Source of the DNA: Patescibacteria group bacterium UBA3530
GTDB lineage: Bacteria > Patescibacteriota > Minisyncoccia > Phycocordibacterales > UBA2100
Length of the DNA stretch: 54,070 nucleotides
Assembly (NCBI GenBank): GCA_002376945.1
Contig: DFOX01000015.1
Location: 1 to 54,070 of the forward strand
Reading direction: 5' to 3'
Shown here: piece after piece, positions 9,474 to 19,360 of the stretch
Layout: every line of letters begins with the position of its first letter
How positions within the stretch are numbered: position 1 is the first letter of the stretch
Notes under the pieces: generated by a model
What the model saw: only the letters and a program-made list of their open reading frames with translations
Told to the model about the DNA's origin: nothing
Database searches by the model: none
Position numbers and translations under genes: made by a program

Positions 9474-10850
9474 CTAAAAATCATCAACGTGAGTTTCGGA
9501 AACTTCAGCAAAATCACCGAAATCACTTTTTTCAATAGTATTGTATGAAGCACGCTTCTCGTCAAAGAAAAGCTCAATACGTCCAACGGGACCATTACGG
9601 TGTTTCTCTACCAAAATATCGGCTATATTTTGTCGATCAGAATTCTCATTCGTTCGGTCCTCACGATGAATGAACATGACCACGTCAGCGTCCTGTTCGA
9701 TTGATCCGGAATCACGAAGATCGGAAAGTCGCGGAGTGCCACCCCGCTGCTCAACGGCACGAGAGAGTTGTGAGAGTGCAAGTACGGGCACATCGAGTTC
9801 GCGAGCCATACCTTTAAGAGAGCGTGATATTTCGGTCACCTGCTGCACCATTGAATCACTCTGTCGCGTCGCCCCCGGCATGATAAGTTGTAGGTAATCA
9901 ACGATGATAAGGGCGAGTCCTTTTTCCGCCTTAAGTCGACGAGCAATGGAGCGCATCTGCAATACACTACGGTCAGACTTATCATCAATGTAGATTGGGG
10001 CAGAGGACAGTCGGTCCATTCCGTTACGCAACTGGTCGTATTCTTCATCGGACGAAAGACGTCCGGTACGCAATTTCCACGAATCCACTTTTGCTTCGGT
10101 TGCGAGCATTCGGTCGGTAAGTTGCTGAGCAGACATCTCCAAGGAAAAAATACCCACGGCATTTCCGTGTTGAATTGACGTCTGTCGAGCAATGTCGAGT
10201 GCGAGAGAGGTTTTACCAACAGAAGGTCGTGCGGCGAGGATAATGAGATCCGATTTTTGGAATCCGGCAAGAAGATTATCAAGATCCCGAAATCCTGTGT
10301 GAATGCCACGGAGCGTATCCTTATTCTCCTGCAAATGCTCAAGTCGTTTCCATGCATCTTTAAGCTCATCACCGATGGAGGTAAACTTTTGAAGCGTGGA
10401 CGTGTTGGCGATATGAAATACCATTGACTGCGCCTCATCAAGTAGGGCCTCGATTTCTGCATCCTCCTTGTAGCCAAGCTCGCCGATGTGCTCAGCTGCT
10501 TCTATTAGTGCACGGTGAATTTGTTTCGCCTTCACCACCTGTGCGTAGTGAGCGGCATTTGTTGCTGCCGGAGCTGCATTCACCAGTTCGGATAAGTATC
10601 CGCGACCACCTATGGATTCCAATTTTTTTTGAGATTCAAGACGTCCTGCCAGAGTCACCAGATCAATGGGCTCGCCCTTGTTAAAAAGAGCGAGCATGTT
10701 TTCAAATATGTCACCATGCTTTGCGGCATAGAAAGAATCGGGAGCCATCAAGTCCGCAACATCGTACATTGCGGTCGGCTTAATCATAATGGCGCCAAGC
10801 AGCGCACGCTCAGCTTCCAAATCCTGTGGTGGCACTCGCATCTTGGTCAT
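9474..10850 (-). CDS. dnaB: Replicative DNA helicase
   Basis: PPQDLEAE, AARPSVGKT, DYLQL, LSQLSR, DLRDSGSIEQDAD, KHRNGP. Confidence 0.97.
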   Translation of the reverse strand: MTKMRVPPQDLEAERALLGAIMIKPTAMYDVADLMAPDSFYAAKHGDIFENMLALFNKGEPIDLVTLAGRLESQKKLESIGGRGYLSELVNAAPAATNAAHYAQVVKAKQIHRALIEAAEHIGELGYKEDAEIEALLDEAQSMVFHIANTSTLQKFTSIGDELKDAWKRLEHLQENKDTLRGIHTGFRDLDNLLAGFQKSDLIILAARPSVGKTSLALDIARQTSIQHGNAVGIFSLEMSAQQLTDRMLATEAKVDSWKLRTGRLSSDEEYDQLRNGMDRLSSAPIYIDDKSDRSVLQMRSIARRLKAEKGLALIIVDYLQLIMPGATRQSDSMVQQVTEISRSLKGMARELDVPVLALSQLSRAVEQRGGTPRLSDLRDSGSIEQDADVVMFIHREDRTNENSDRQNIADILVEKHRNGPVGRIELFFDEKRASYNTIEKSDFGDFAEVSETHVDDF

Positions 10851-10924
10851 AGAAGGATTCTATCACGATTCCTCTACAAGCTCCCATGATCACACATGTG
10901 AGTATGTGATGTAGCTGTGCACAA

Positions 10925-12361
10925 CTACGAAAGTCGCTCAACAGAAGGGCCGTCTGCACCATCGGTAATCTCATATCCGGCGTCAAGAATAGCTTGTCGC
11001 AGATCATCAGCATGGTCGAAGTTCTTCTGTGCTCGTGCTTCTTCGCGCTCTGCAACAAGTTCCTGTATTTTCTCGGGTGCATGTGCAATCTCAATCTTTT
11101 TTGCGTTGCCGGTGAGTAATTGGGTGAGAGATGTATCTGATGCGGCAAGACCCAAACCAAGTACCTTGCTCATCTCCAACAACGTCGCCCGTTTGTCCTC
11201 GGCAAAAACACGATCATCCTTTACCAACTCCCACATGAGTGCAATCGCCTTCGGAGTGTCAAGATCATCATTGAGGAATGTATGGAATTTTTCTTGGTAG
11301 GCAACATCGACTGTGCCATCTTTTGCACCGAGTTCATCGATAAAGTATTTGTGCAGCTTCTTAAGAGCTGTGTGAGATCCATCAAGTGCCTCCCAGGTGA
11401 AATTTGCAGGTGTTCGATAATGTGCGGTCAAGAGCCAGTAGCGGTATGAAAGAGGAGCGTATCCACGATCGATAACGTGATCAAGTGTAATAAGATTTCC
11501 CTGAGATTTTCCCATTCGTCGCCCTTCAACGGTGATGAAATTGTTGTGCATCCAATACTGCACAAACTGCTTTTTATTCACTGACTCACTCTGTGCAATC
11601 TCATTGTTGTGGTGGACGGGAATGTGATCGATGCCGCCTGAGTGAATATCCAATTGTCGTCCCAGGAGTGCGCGGCTCATTGCAGAACACTCAATATGCC
11701 ACCCGGGGAAACCAACACACCAAGGAGATTTCCACTCCTGTTGTCGTCTCACTCCCTCAGGTGAGCATTTCCAAAGTGCAAAATCGGCTGGATTTCGCTT
11801 CTCCTCGTTTTTCTTTACGCGCACACCCGCCTCCAGTGTTTTGGTATCAACCCCTCCGAGTTGGCCGTAGTTTTTAAACACGGACGTATCAAAGTATACG
11901 CCGTCAGTAATACGGTACGCATGACCACTCTCGGTAAGTGTTTGAATCATTGCAATTTGCTCCGCTACGTAATCAGTTGCTTTGGGAAATTGAGTGCCCT
12001 CAGTTTGTACATTCAAACGGACGAGATCTTTAAAAAAGAGATTGGTATATTTTTCAGCAATTGCCTGCGCCGATTCACCGGACTCGTTTGCGGCCTTTTC
12101 AAGTTTATCCTCTCCATCGTCTTCATCAGAAACAAGATGCCCCACGTCAGTGATATTAATGACCTGCTTAACGATATAGTCGTTATACTCAAGGGTACGT
12201 CGTATCATGTCAGACATAATGTATGAGCGCATATTTCCTATGTGCGCTCGATCATATACGGTTGGACCACAACTATACATACGCACGCCATCATCGCGTA
12301 GTGGGGTGAATTGCTCCTTGGTGTTTGAGAGGGTGTTATGGAAAAACAGTGGTCTCTGCAT
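10925..12361 (-). CDS. cysS: Cysteine--tRNA ligase
   Basis: CGPTVYDRAHIGN, PGWHIECSAM, MGKS; start reassigned to MQRPLF. Confidence 0.96.
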   Translation of the reverse strand: MQRPLFFHNTLSNTKEQFTPLRDDGVRMYSCGPTVYDRAHIGNMRSYIMSDMIRRTLEYNDYIVKQVINITDVGHLVSDEDDGEDKLEKAANESGESAQAIAEKYTNLFFKDLVRLNVQTEGTQFPKATDYVAEQIAMIQTLTESGHAYRITDGVYFDTSVFKNYGQLGGVDTKTLEAGVRVKKNEEKRNPADFALWKCSPEGVRRQQEWKSPWCVGFPGWHIECSAMSRALLGRQLDIHSGGIDHIPVHHNNEIAQSESVNKKQFVQYWMHNNFITVEGRRMGKSQGNLITLDHVIDRGYAPLSYRYWLLTAHYRTPANFTWEALDGSHTALKKLHKYFIDELGAKDGTVDVAYQEKFHTFLNDDLDTPKAIALMWELVKDDRVFAEDKRATLLEMSKVLGLGLAASDTSLTQLLTGNAKKIEIAHAPEKIQELVAEREEARAQKNFDHADDLRQAILDAGYEITDGADGPSVERLS

Positions 12362-12388
12362 CTTCTCTAGTATACGCAAAAGGGTAGA

Positions 12389-13306
12389 TTATAGCCAATT
12401 CTTGTGCTTGAAGAACAAGAACATAATACACGTGGCAATGAGCATGACGCCAGTGATAATCCAAAAATCATTATCCATTCCGGCAATGGGAAGGATCTTG
12501 GTATTCATTCCAAAGATTGAAGAGATAAGCATCAGTGGGAAAGTTACGAAAGCCATGATAGTGAGTTTCTTCATCACTTCATTTTGTTTTGTCGAAAGCA
12601 GGGAGTTGTTAGTTTCTCGCAGTTCACTGAGCGTCTGCCAAATTCTAATGATATGTTTACGAGATCGATAATACATGTTTTCAATTTTCTTTACGCGTGA
12701 TACGTATTCACGTCCGGAAAATGCTTCAGTGAGTTCACCAAGTGAGCGCAATATTTCCTGATGTGGGTCAAGGGCTTGCTTTAAGTTGAGAATATCACGT
12801 CCTGCGTGTGAAAGGGCAACCACCATTTCTTTCTCATACCCTTCGAAAATTTCCTTTTCGATGTATTCGAGTTTTTCTCGTACCGTATATATCTCTGCCT
12901 CAACTCCCTTATACAACCGTCGCGTGAGCAGAAGGAAAATATCAAACGGAGAATCCCCGATATGATCATCCTCGAGTGTTGCATTCACTTCAAATACCTG
13001 CCTGAATTCTGAAAAAGACTCCAACTCCTCGTAACGGGCAGTGATGAGAAAATCTTTTCCGATAACAAAATCAACTTCCTGTTCGGCGGAGGAGAGGTGA
13101 GTGGTGGGCTTGAGCGTGGGAAAATGAAGTACCAGATAGAGATGATTTTCATATTTTTCAATGTGTGGGCGAAGCGTGGGGGAGAGGAGTTCACTGGCAA
13201 CTTGTGCATCGACACCCAACTCCTGTGCCGCTTCACGAACCTCATCTTGAGTTGGTGATACGAGATCAATCCAGGTAATTTTTTTGTAGGTATGTCGGCG
13301 GAGCAT
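12389..13306 (-). CDS. corA: CorA-family Mg2+/divalent cation transporter
   Basis: C-terminal NEVMKKLT...IFGMN signature plus two TM helices. Confidence 0.9.
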   Translation of the reverse strand: MLRRHTYKKITWIDLVSPTQDEVREAAQELGVDAQVASELLSPTLRPHIEKYENHLYLVLHFPTLKPTTHLSSAEQEVDFVIGKDFLITARYEELESFSEFRQVFEVNATLEDDHIGDSPFDIFLLLTRRLYKGVEAEIYTVREKLEYIEKEIFEGYEKEMVVALSHAGRDILNLKQALDPHQEILRSLGELTEAFSGREYVSRVKKIENMYYRSRKHIIRIWQTLSELRETNNSLLSTKQNEVMKKLTIMAFVTFPLMLISSIFGMNTKILPIAGMDNDFWIITGVMLIATCIMFLFFKHKNWL

Positions 13307-13406
13307 ATATGTACTAGTATAGGGTATATCGTCGTAAGTTGGTGCATGGAGCGTGTATAACCAATACGCATTGGAATAGCAAAGAAGAGCATGCCATAAT
13401 ACTCTC

Positions 13407-14663
13407 ATGACAAAGAAAACACTCAGATTGGTGACCACCATCGTACTCATTACCGCACTGACGTTCGTTACCGGAATTGTCGTGGGCAGCAAGGGCGTAC
13501 TTGCAGATCAACTGAATCGGTACGGACTCTCGGCGATTGCCGCCGGCATCACTCCCAGTGTGCAACCTGAAGGAATTGATTTTGCTCCGGTATGGAAAGC
13601 ATGGAACATTTTGGACGCTCGTTTTGTGGATGCATATGCAACCACCACCGAAGTGGTCACTCAAGAAGATCGACAAGAGCGTGTGTGGGGAATTTTGAAG
13701 GGATTGGCAGCGTCGATGGGAGATCCCTACACGGTCTTTTTACCACCCTCTGAGGCCGAGGTGTTTGCCGCTGATATTAGCGGGTCATTTGAGGGAGTGG
13801 GAATGGAAATCGCAATTCGTGATCAAATGCTCACTATTGTTTCTCCATTGAAGGGCACCCCGGCATTTCGTGCGGGACTGAAGCCGGGAGACAAGATTCT
13901 TTCAATTGACGGTACATCAACTGAAGATATGAGCACCAATGTGGCAGTGCAGTTGATACGGGGGGAGAAAGGAACAGAGGTGACTCTTGAAATATATCGA
14001 GAAGACGAAAATGAGCTACTTGAGATTGTCGTGACGCGAGATACTATTCAAATTCCAACAATTAAGACATACAAACGAGCTGATCAGATTTTTGTCATCG
14101 AGTTGTATAACTTCTCTGCAAAATCAGCAGGATTATTCGCCGATGCCATGGAGGAGTTCCAAAGATCAGGATACAGCAAACTCATCATCGACCTGCGAGG
14201 AAATCCCGGAGGGTACTTGGATGCGGCAGTGGATATGGCGAGTTGGTTCCTGCCGGCGGGAAAGATAGTGGTGACGGAAGATTACGGAGGCAATGGAGAG
14301 AATCGAATTCATCGCTCACGAGGATATGACAGTGTAAACGATGGATTGAAATTGGTTATTCTTATTGATAAGGGGTCCGCATCGGCATCAGAAATTCTTG
14401 CAGGGTCTTTGAAGGAATACGGCAAGGCGACACTTATCGGCACTGCAAGTTTTGGAAAGGGTTCCGTTCAGGAATTGGTCAACATTACACCGGATACGTC
14501 GCTGAAGGTAACGGTTGCTCGATGGTTGCTCGCCGGAGACGTCTTTATCACCAAAGACGGCGTGGAGCCGGATATATCTGTTGAGTTTCCAGAAGATTTT
14601 GATCCCACCTCCGAAAGAGATCTTATTCTAGAAGCCGCAGTTACCTTCTTGCACAAACAGTAA
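13407..14663 (+). CDS. S41 C-terminal processing protease (PDZ + peptidase)
   Basis: DPYT, DLRGNPGG, SASASEI, FGKGSVQ. Confidence 0.94.
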   Translation: MTKKTLRLVTTIVLITALTFVTGIVVGSKGVLADQLNRYGLSAIAAGITPSVQPEGIDFAPVWKAWNILDARFVDAYATTTEVVTQEDRQERVWGILKGLAASMGDPYTVFLPPSEAEVFAADISGSFEGVGMEIAIRDQMLTIVSPLKGTPAFRAGLKPGDKILSIDGTSTEDMSTNVAVQLIRGEKGTEVTLEIYREDENELLEIVVTRDTIQIPTIKTYKRADQIFVIELYNFSAKSAGLFADAMEEFQRSGYSKLIIDLRGNPGGYLDAAVDMASWFLPAGKIVVTEDYGGNGENRIHRSRGYDSVNDGLKLVILIDKGSASASEILAGSLKEYGKATLIGTASFGKGSVQELVNITPDTSLKVTVARWLLAGDVFITKDGVEPDISVEFPEDFDPTSERDLILEAAVTFLHKQ

Positions 14664-14705
14664 TTCCGCGTACTATTACGAGGAATAAGTTAACATACGG
14701 AAACT

Positions 14706-15149
14706 ATGAAGGTAATACTTTTGAAAGATGTTGCAGGCGTGGGCCGGAAAGGAACAGTACATGAAGTGTCAAACGGCTATGCGCAGAATTTTCTTTTTAC
14801 ACAAGGTCTTGCGGAAAAAGCAACCGAGAAAAAAATAGCACATGCTGAGAAGTTGGCACAAGCGCATAGAGCAGAAAAAGAAGCTGCGATTGCTTCTGTA
14901 CATAAGGGACTGGAAAAACTTGCGGGAGAGGCATTGGTGATTCACGCATCCGCTAATGAGAAAGATACCTTGTTTGAAGCGATTCACGAAGATGTCATTG
15001 CAGCACACCTGAGAGACGTTGCGGGAATTGAAGTTGCATCCAATGATATACGCATTGATGCGCCCATAAAAGAGTTGGGCGAACACGTTGTTCACATTGC
15101 AGTAGGAGGAGATACGTGTGATGTGAAGGTTACTGTTGCGGCACATTAA
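14706..15149 (+). CDS. rplI: 50S ribosomal protein L9
   Basis: MKVILLKDV...[11 protein letters not shown]; PIKELGEH. Confidence 0.94.
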   Translation: MKVILLKDVAGVGRKGTVHEVSNGYAQNFLFTQGLAEKATEKKIAHAEKLAQAHRAEKEAAIASVHKGLEKLAGEALVIHASANEKDTLFEAIHEDVIAAHLRDVAGIEVASNDIRIDAPIKELGEHVVHIAVGGDTCDVKVTVAAH

Positions 15150-15178
15150 ATAAACGGCTCATGTACTGAGCCGTTTAT
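15150..15178. terminator. Bidirectional terminator between rplI and rpmA
   Basis: ATAAACGGCTCA-TGTAC-TGAGCCGTTTAT perfect 12-bp stem. Confidence 0.75.
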
Positions 15179-15450
15179 GCAACTATATCTACCACCTTTT
15201 TTTTCACTATCGCGCCATTGAATCGTGTCTTTCTCATTTTTCGAAACTTAACCATGCCATCGGTAAGGGCAAAGAGTGTGTGATCCTTTCCAATGCCAAC
15301 ATTTTTTCCCGGGCAAATCTTGGTTCCGCGCTGACGCACGATAATAGAACCGGTCTGAGCTCTCTGACCGTCGCCTAGTTTTGTTCCCAGATATTTGGGG
15401 TTTGAATCTCGTAGGTTTTTTGCTGAACCTCCAGCTTTTCTATGTGCCAT
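15175..15450 (-). CDS. rpmA: 50S ribosomal protein L27
   Basis: [13 protein letters not shown]; IIVRQRGTK; GKDHTLFAL. Confidence 0.97.
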   Translation of the reverse strand: MAHRKAGGSAKNLRDSNPKYLGTKLGDGQRAQTGSIIVRQRGTKICPGKNVGIGKDHTLFALTDGMVKFRKMRKTRFNGAIVKKKVVDIVA

Positions 15451-15479
15451 ATGGTGAGTATAAGGTAAAATGGTTCCTA

Positions 15480-15851
15480 ATGAGGAACTGGTGGCACAGT
15501 ATACTTGAACGATACGTTCAAATCAAGAGGTATGGAGAGTATATCCCTACCGACTATTTCATCATAGCACTTCTGATTCTCGTGAGTGTTGCGTCCTTTG
15601 GACTCGGAAGATTATCCGTGCTCGATTCGGTACATACTCCTACAACAGTATTGCAAGCTCCGATTACCACCATGCGTCCGATGTACCGGGGAGGGGAAGT
15701 GGTTGCGTCATCGCAGGGTTCCAAGTATCACTTCCCGTGGTGCTCGGGAGCGCGCACCATCAAGGAGCGCAACAAGGTTTGGTTTACGAGTATCGAAGCA
15801 GCACGTGCTGCAGGATACACGCCGGCGGGGAATTGTAAGGGGTTGAAGTAA
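15480..15851 (+). CDS. Membrane-anchored protein with Ada-type metal-binding domain
   Basis: One TM then [14 protein letters not shown]...[19 protein letters not shown]. Confidence 0.8.
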   Translation: MRNWWHSILERYVQIKRYGEYIPTDYFIIALLILVSVASFGLGRLSVLDSVHTPTTVLQAPITTMRPMYRGGEVVASSQGSKYHFPWCSGARTIKERNKVWFTSIEAARAAGYTPAGNCKGLK

Positions 15852-15871
15852 CATGATACACTTACACCACT

Positions 15872-16465
15872 ATGTTGATACTTGATATCGAAGCGTCCGG
15901 AACAAACTACGAACAGCACTCAATTGTGAGTATTGGAGCGCTTGATTTGCGTAATCCGGAAAATCGCTTCTACGGAGAATGTCGCATTTGGGAGGGAGCG
16001 AGCATTATGGATGGCGCATTGGAAGTGAACGGGTTTACCGAGGAAGAAATTACCGATCCGCACAAGCAGACTGAAGGGGAATTAATACAAAAGTTCTTGG
16101 ACTGGGCCGAGACGCTTGAGGATAGGACGTTCGGGGGGCAAAATGTTTCTTTTGATCGCGACTATGTACGTGCCGCATGCGAACGGGCAGGACTTAACTA
16201 CACCTTTGCATACCGCACAGTCGACAGTCATTCGCTGGCATGGATGCATCACATCATGCACGGATTAAACCCTCCTATTGACACCGAGCACAAGCGGAGC
16301 GCCTTAAATCTCGATGCCGTGCTTAACTACTGCGGTATTCCCGAAGAACCACAGCCCCATAATGCTCTTACAGGTGCGTTAAGTCATGCCGAGGTAATCA
16401 ATCGGTTGCTGTACGGGAGAAAATTGCTTCCCGAATTTGAGCGCTATGATATACCGTGGCGGTAA
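15872..16465 (+). CDS. DEDDh 3'-5' exonuclease
   Basis: LDIEASG, GQNVSFD, HNALTGA (last catalytic Asp appears replaced by Gly). Confidence 0.82.
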   Translation: MLILDIEASGTNYEQHSIVSIGALDLRNPENRFYGECRIWEGASIMDGALEVNGFTEEEITDPHKQTEGELIQKFLDWAETLEDRTFGGQNVSFDRDYVRAACERAGLNYTFAYRTVDSHSLAWMHHIMHGLNPPIDTEHKRSALNLDAVLNYCGIPEEPQPHNALTGALSHAEVINRLLYGRKLLPEFERYDIPWR

Positions 16466-16481
16466 TGTATAATGCGCATAT

Positions 16482-17225
16482 ATGGAACTGGTAACAATAC
16501 TCATACTGGGAGTCGGGCTTGCAGTTGCAATGGTGCGGCAGGTCAATCAATACGAGCGGGGAGTCATGTTCACCATGGGAAAGTTTACCGGCATACGAGA
16601 ACCGGGATGGAGAATGGTCATTCCCGTATTTCAAAGAATGAACAAGGTGGATATGCGAGTAAAAGCGGTTGATGTACCGCAGCAGCAAGCAATTACGAAG
16701 GATAACATCTCAGTGGGGGTAAACGCCGTTATCTACTACCAAGTGTCAAATGCAGATCACGCTATCTTAAATGTTGAAGATTTTTTCTTTGCTATGAGCC
16801 AATTGGCACAAACAACCATGCGTAATGTGGTGGGAGAAGTCGAGTTAGATGAGTTGCTTGCGGGACGAGACAAGATTTCTGAAAGAATCCGATCAATTGT
16901 GGATGAAGCAAGTGATGAGTGGGGAATTAAAGTAGATAATGTTGAGCTAAAGGATGTAGTGCTCCCCGGGGATATGGAACGAACGATTGCAAAACAGGCA
17001 GAGGCGGAGCGTGAAAAGCGCGCGGTCATTATCAAAGCGGAAGGAGAAGTTATTTCCGCTGATAACATGGCAAAGGCCGCAAAGATACTACATACGTCTC
17101 CGGGAGCACTCCACCTCAGGACGCTTCAATCACTTAACGACCTCTCATCCGATCAAAGCAATACGGTGATATTTGCAACTCCTATTGAAGTATTACGTGC
17201 ATTTGAACAGTTTAGCGGGAAATAA
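16482..17225 (+). CDS. SPFH/stomatin (slipin) family protein
   Basis: QYERGV.F..G, ITKDN, QLAQTTMRNVVG, AKQAEAERE, LHLRTLQ. Confidence 0.93.
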   Translation: MELVTILILGVGLAVAMVRQVNQYERGVMFTMGKFTGIREPGWRMVIPVFQRMNKVDMRVKAVDVPQQQAITKDNISVGVNAVIYYQVSNADHAILNVEDFFFAMSQLAQTTMRNVVGEVELDELLAGRDKISERIRSIVDEASDEWGIKVDNVELKDVVLPGDMERTIAKQAEAEREKRAVIIKAEGEVISADNMAKAAKILHTSPGALHLRTLQSLNDLSSDQSNTVIFATPIEVLRAFEQFSGK

Positions 17226-17302
17226 AGTTACAACACAAAAATATCTTGAGATAAAGAGTGCTCCTGGGGTACAAAGAGGGTAGTCAAGAAAGGAGAAAGG
17301 CA

Positions 17303-17776
17303 ATGAAGATTTTCATCACTCTCGCCCTCGTGGTCGTTTTGGCAGCGTCGACCAATTTCCTGACAGAGGAGGAGAATACCGTTGTAATTTACGATGGTTT
17401 TGCCATGTGCTTTCAGGAGGAAGACGCAAAAAGCATCATGAAAGCGTATCGCATCGACGAGCAATCCGGAATGAAGCGCTTCAAGAACCTACTGCAGGAA
17501 GGGTCCTGCGTCATTTTTCCCCCAGGCCCGCAAAAACTCGTCATCGTACTCAAAGTGGTGCGTGTGGACGAATGGTGCAGTCTCGTGAGGGAAGAGGGAG
17601 GCGGATTCATCCTCATCGAAGAGGAGGCAGTGCTGACGGAAGTACAGTCGTTCAGTGGAAAAATCCACGGATACGCGTTCCTTCCCAGCGAAATTTTTGA
17701 CGAGGCCTATCTTCGCACCGCAGAGGAGTACCTCGTGCGGACGGGGGAGGATGTGTGCCTGGCCGAAAACATTTGA
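17303..17776 (+). CDS. Hypothetical exported protein (orphan)
   Basis: SD AAGGAG; signal peptide MKIFITLALVVVLAAS; four Cys; terminator follows. Confidence 0.7.
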   Translation: MKIFITLALVVVLAASTNFLTEEENTVVIYDGFAMCFQEEDAKSIMKAYRIDEQSGMKRFKNLLQEGSCVIFPPGPQKLVIVLKVVRVDEWCSLVREEGGGFILIEEEAVLTEVQSFSGKIHGYAFLPSEIFDEAYLRTAEEYLVRTGEDVCLAENI

Positions 17777-17781
17777 AAAAG

Positions 17782-17810
17782 GAAAGGGGCTGCAACGAGG
17801 CGGCCCTTTC
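17782..17810 (+). terminator. Intrinsic terminator
   Basis: GAAAGGGGCTGC-AACGAG-GCGGCCCTTTC hairpin after stop codon. Confidence 0.65.
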
Positions 17811-17823
17811 TCACTTGTACTCT

Positions 17824-17851
17824 ATGTCGTACAATATATCTTTTGCGACAT
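17824..17851. other. Candidate dif-like Xer recombination site (11-6-11 palindrome)
   Basis: ATGTCGTACAA-TATATC-TTTTGCGACAT, arms 9/11 inverted, intergenic, at the point where gene orientation converges. Confidence 0.6.
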
Positions 17852-18015
17852 TATATACATCACATAAACATCCGGTACGTTTCCACTCGCGCGTTGGTGA
17901 GAAATTACTGATCGCAAAAACTGGTTTTTAAAAAAAGAGATAGGGTTCTTCCCATAATCATCTTGAGCGACCCATCGAGACGCTCACCATGCGCGCTCCC
18001 CGTGTTTTTATGCAT

Positions 18016-18043
18016 ATCAATGGATTAATATATTGTGCGACAT
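18016..18043 (-). repeat. Inverted partial copy of the dif-like site
   Basis: Reverse complement ATGTCGCACAATATAT matches 15/16 nt of 17824-17839; second arm is not palindromic. Confidence 0.55.
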
Positions 18044-18073
18044 TTACTTTCCAGGTATACAGACACCACTATA

Positions 18074-19354
18074 CTATGGGAGGTAGTCGATCGGGTTGAG
18101 ATAGCCGCTCCATGAGGAAACGGGAACTTTCGCATCAGCACAACTGGTGCGCGCTTTCACATCACCAAGACGAACAACCTCAACAGCATCGCTGGCATAG
18201 GTGGTCAGGTGAAGGTGTGGGCCAGTTGAGAATCCGGAATTTCCGGAGTATGCGATTACCTGCCCGGTAGCGACCGGCTCCCCCGGAGTAACCGCAATAT
18301 CAGAGAGGTGTGCATACAGTGTTGTTAACCCGTTTACGTGTTCAATAAGAACCCACTTCCCATACGAATAACATCCCGGATACGCATCGGTGTTCCCTGT
18401 TGCACGCACATTTCCCGAGAGTACTGCCATGACCGGAGTCCCGATTGGTACTCCCATGTCGACACCGTTATGACCACTGCCGTTATATGCACCTGACTTT
18501 GCGAATTTAGTATTTCCGAAATATTGCGTAATACGAACATTCGATACCGGCCACATAAAGACCCCCTTCCCTGCCGGAGGGATGGATGTCGGATCAAGTA
18601 TATATTGCAACTCCGCTTCAAAACTCCTCAACTGAGCTTCAAACTCTTCCTTGGCCTTTTGCTTCGTTTCCAGCAACTCCTGGTATGTTGATTCCCTGTT
18701 CTCCGTCTCTTCAAGAAGCTTGTTTTTTGCATCGCGATTAATATCCAGTGAGCGCTGCTGTGTGGAGAGTTGCGTCTTTTGAGTCACCAACTCCCCTTTT
18801 TGAATTTGTTTTTCCACCTTTACGACCTCAAGAACCTTCTTTTGTTCTGAGAGTACCTCGACTTCATTTCGCACCACTACTTGGAATTTTTGGATGGTAT
18901 CAATATCACTCCAAAATGTTGAGATATCATCCGCACTGAGCATTGTTTCGATAAAAGAACCAGTTTCAACTTCATTCATAGTGCGAATGGTCTCGGCGAG
19001 TGCCTTTTGGTTCTTTCCAATGAGATCTTCCTTGTTTTTAATATCAGCATCCAATTCTGAAATGGTAGATGCGGTTGCGTTGATTTTTTTCTGAGCGATG
19101 GAGATGTTTGCACTCACCTTTCTTCTTGAGATATCCAATTCTCGTACTGCTCCCTCGAGTGTCTGCTTTTCCTTTCCGATTTCGGTGAGTTGTGCCTCAT
19201 ATTGCTTTATTTCGCCTTCCAGTGCCTCAATTTCAGTTTGTTGGTTTGCAATCTTCTCTTGTATGGCAGTCGCACTTTGTGCTCGGGTATACCAAGGCAC
19301 CGTGATAATGGTGGTGAGTATCAGTATTGACAGTGTGCGACGCATCAATAACAT
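18074..19354 (-). CDS. Coiled-coil + M23 peptidase (EnvC/CwlO-like murein hydrolase)
   Basis: Signal peptide, long coiled coil, HNGVD, YAHLS, STGPHLH. Confidence 0.92.
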   Translation of the reverse strand: MLLMRRTLSILILTTIITVPWYTRAQSATAIQEKIANQQTEIEALEGEIKQYEAQLTEIGKEKQTLEGAVRELDISRRKVSANISIAQKKINATASTISELDADIKNKEDLIGKNQKALAETIRTMNEVETGSFIETMLSADDISTFWSDIDTIQKFQVVVRNEVEVLSEQKKVLEVVKVEKQIQKGELVTQKTQLSTQQRSLDINRDAKNKLLEETENRESTYQELLETKQKAKEEFEAQLRSFEAELQYILDPTSIPPAGKGVFMWPVSNVRITQYFGNTKFAKSGAYNGSGHNGVDMGVPIGTPVMAVLSGNVRATGNTDAYPGCYSYGKWVLIEHVNGLTTLYAHLSDIAVTPGEPVATGQVIAYSGNSGFSTGPHLHLTTYASDAVEVVRLGDVKARTSCADAKVPVSSWSGYLNPIDYLP

Positions 19355-19360
19355 ACTTCC

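Noticed and set aside
17231-17252. Third dif-like site (CACAAAAATATCTTGAG) left of the orphan gene
   Set aside because: Only the AT-rich centre resembles the site and the ATGTCG arm is missing; could be chance
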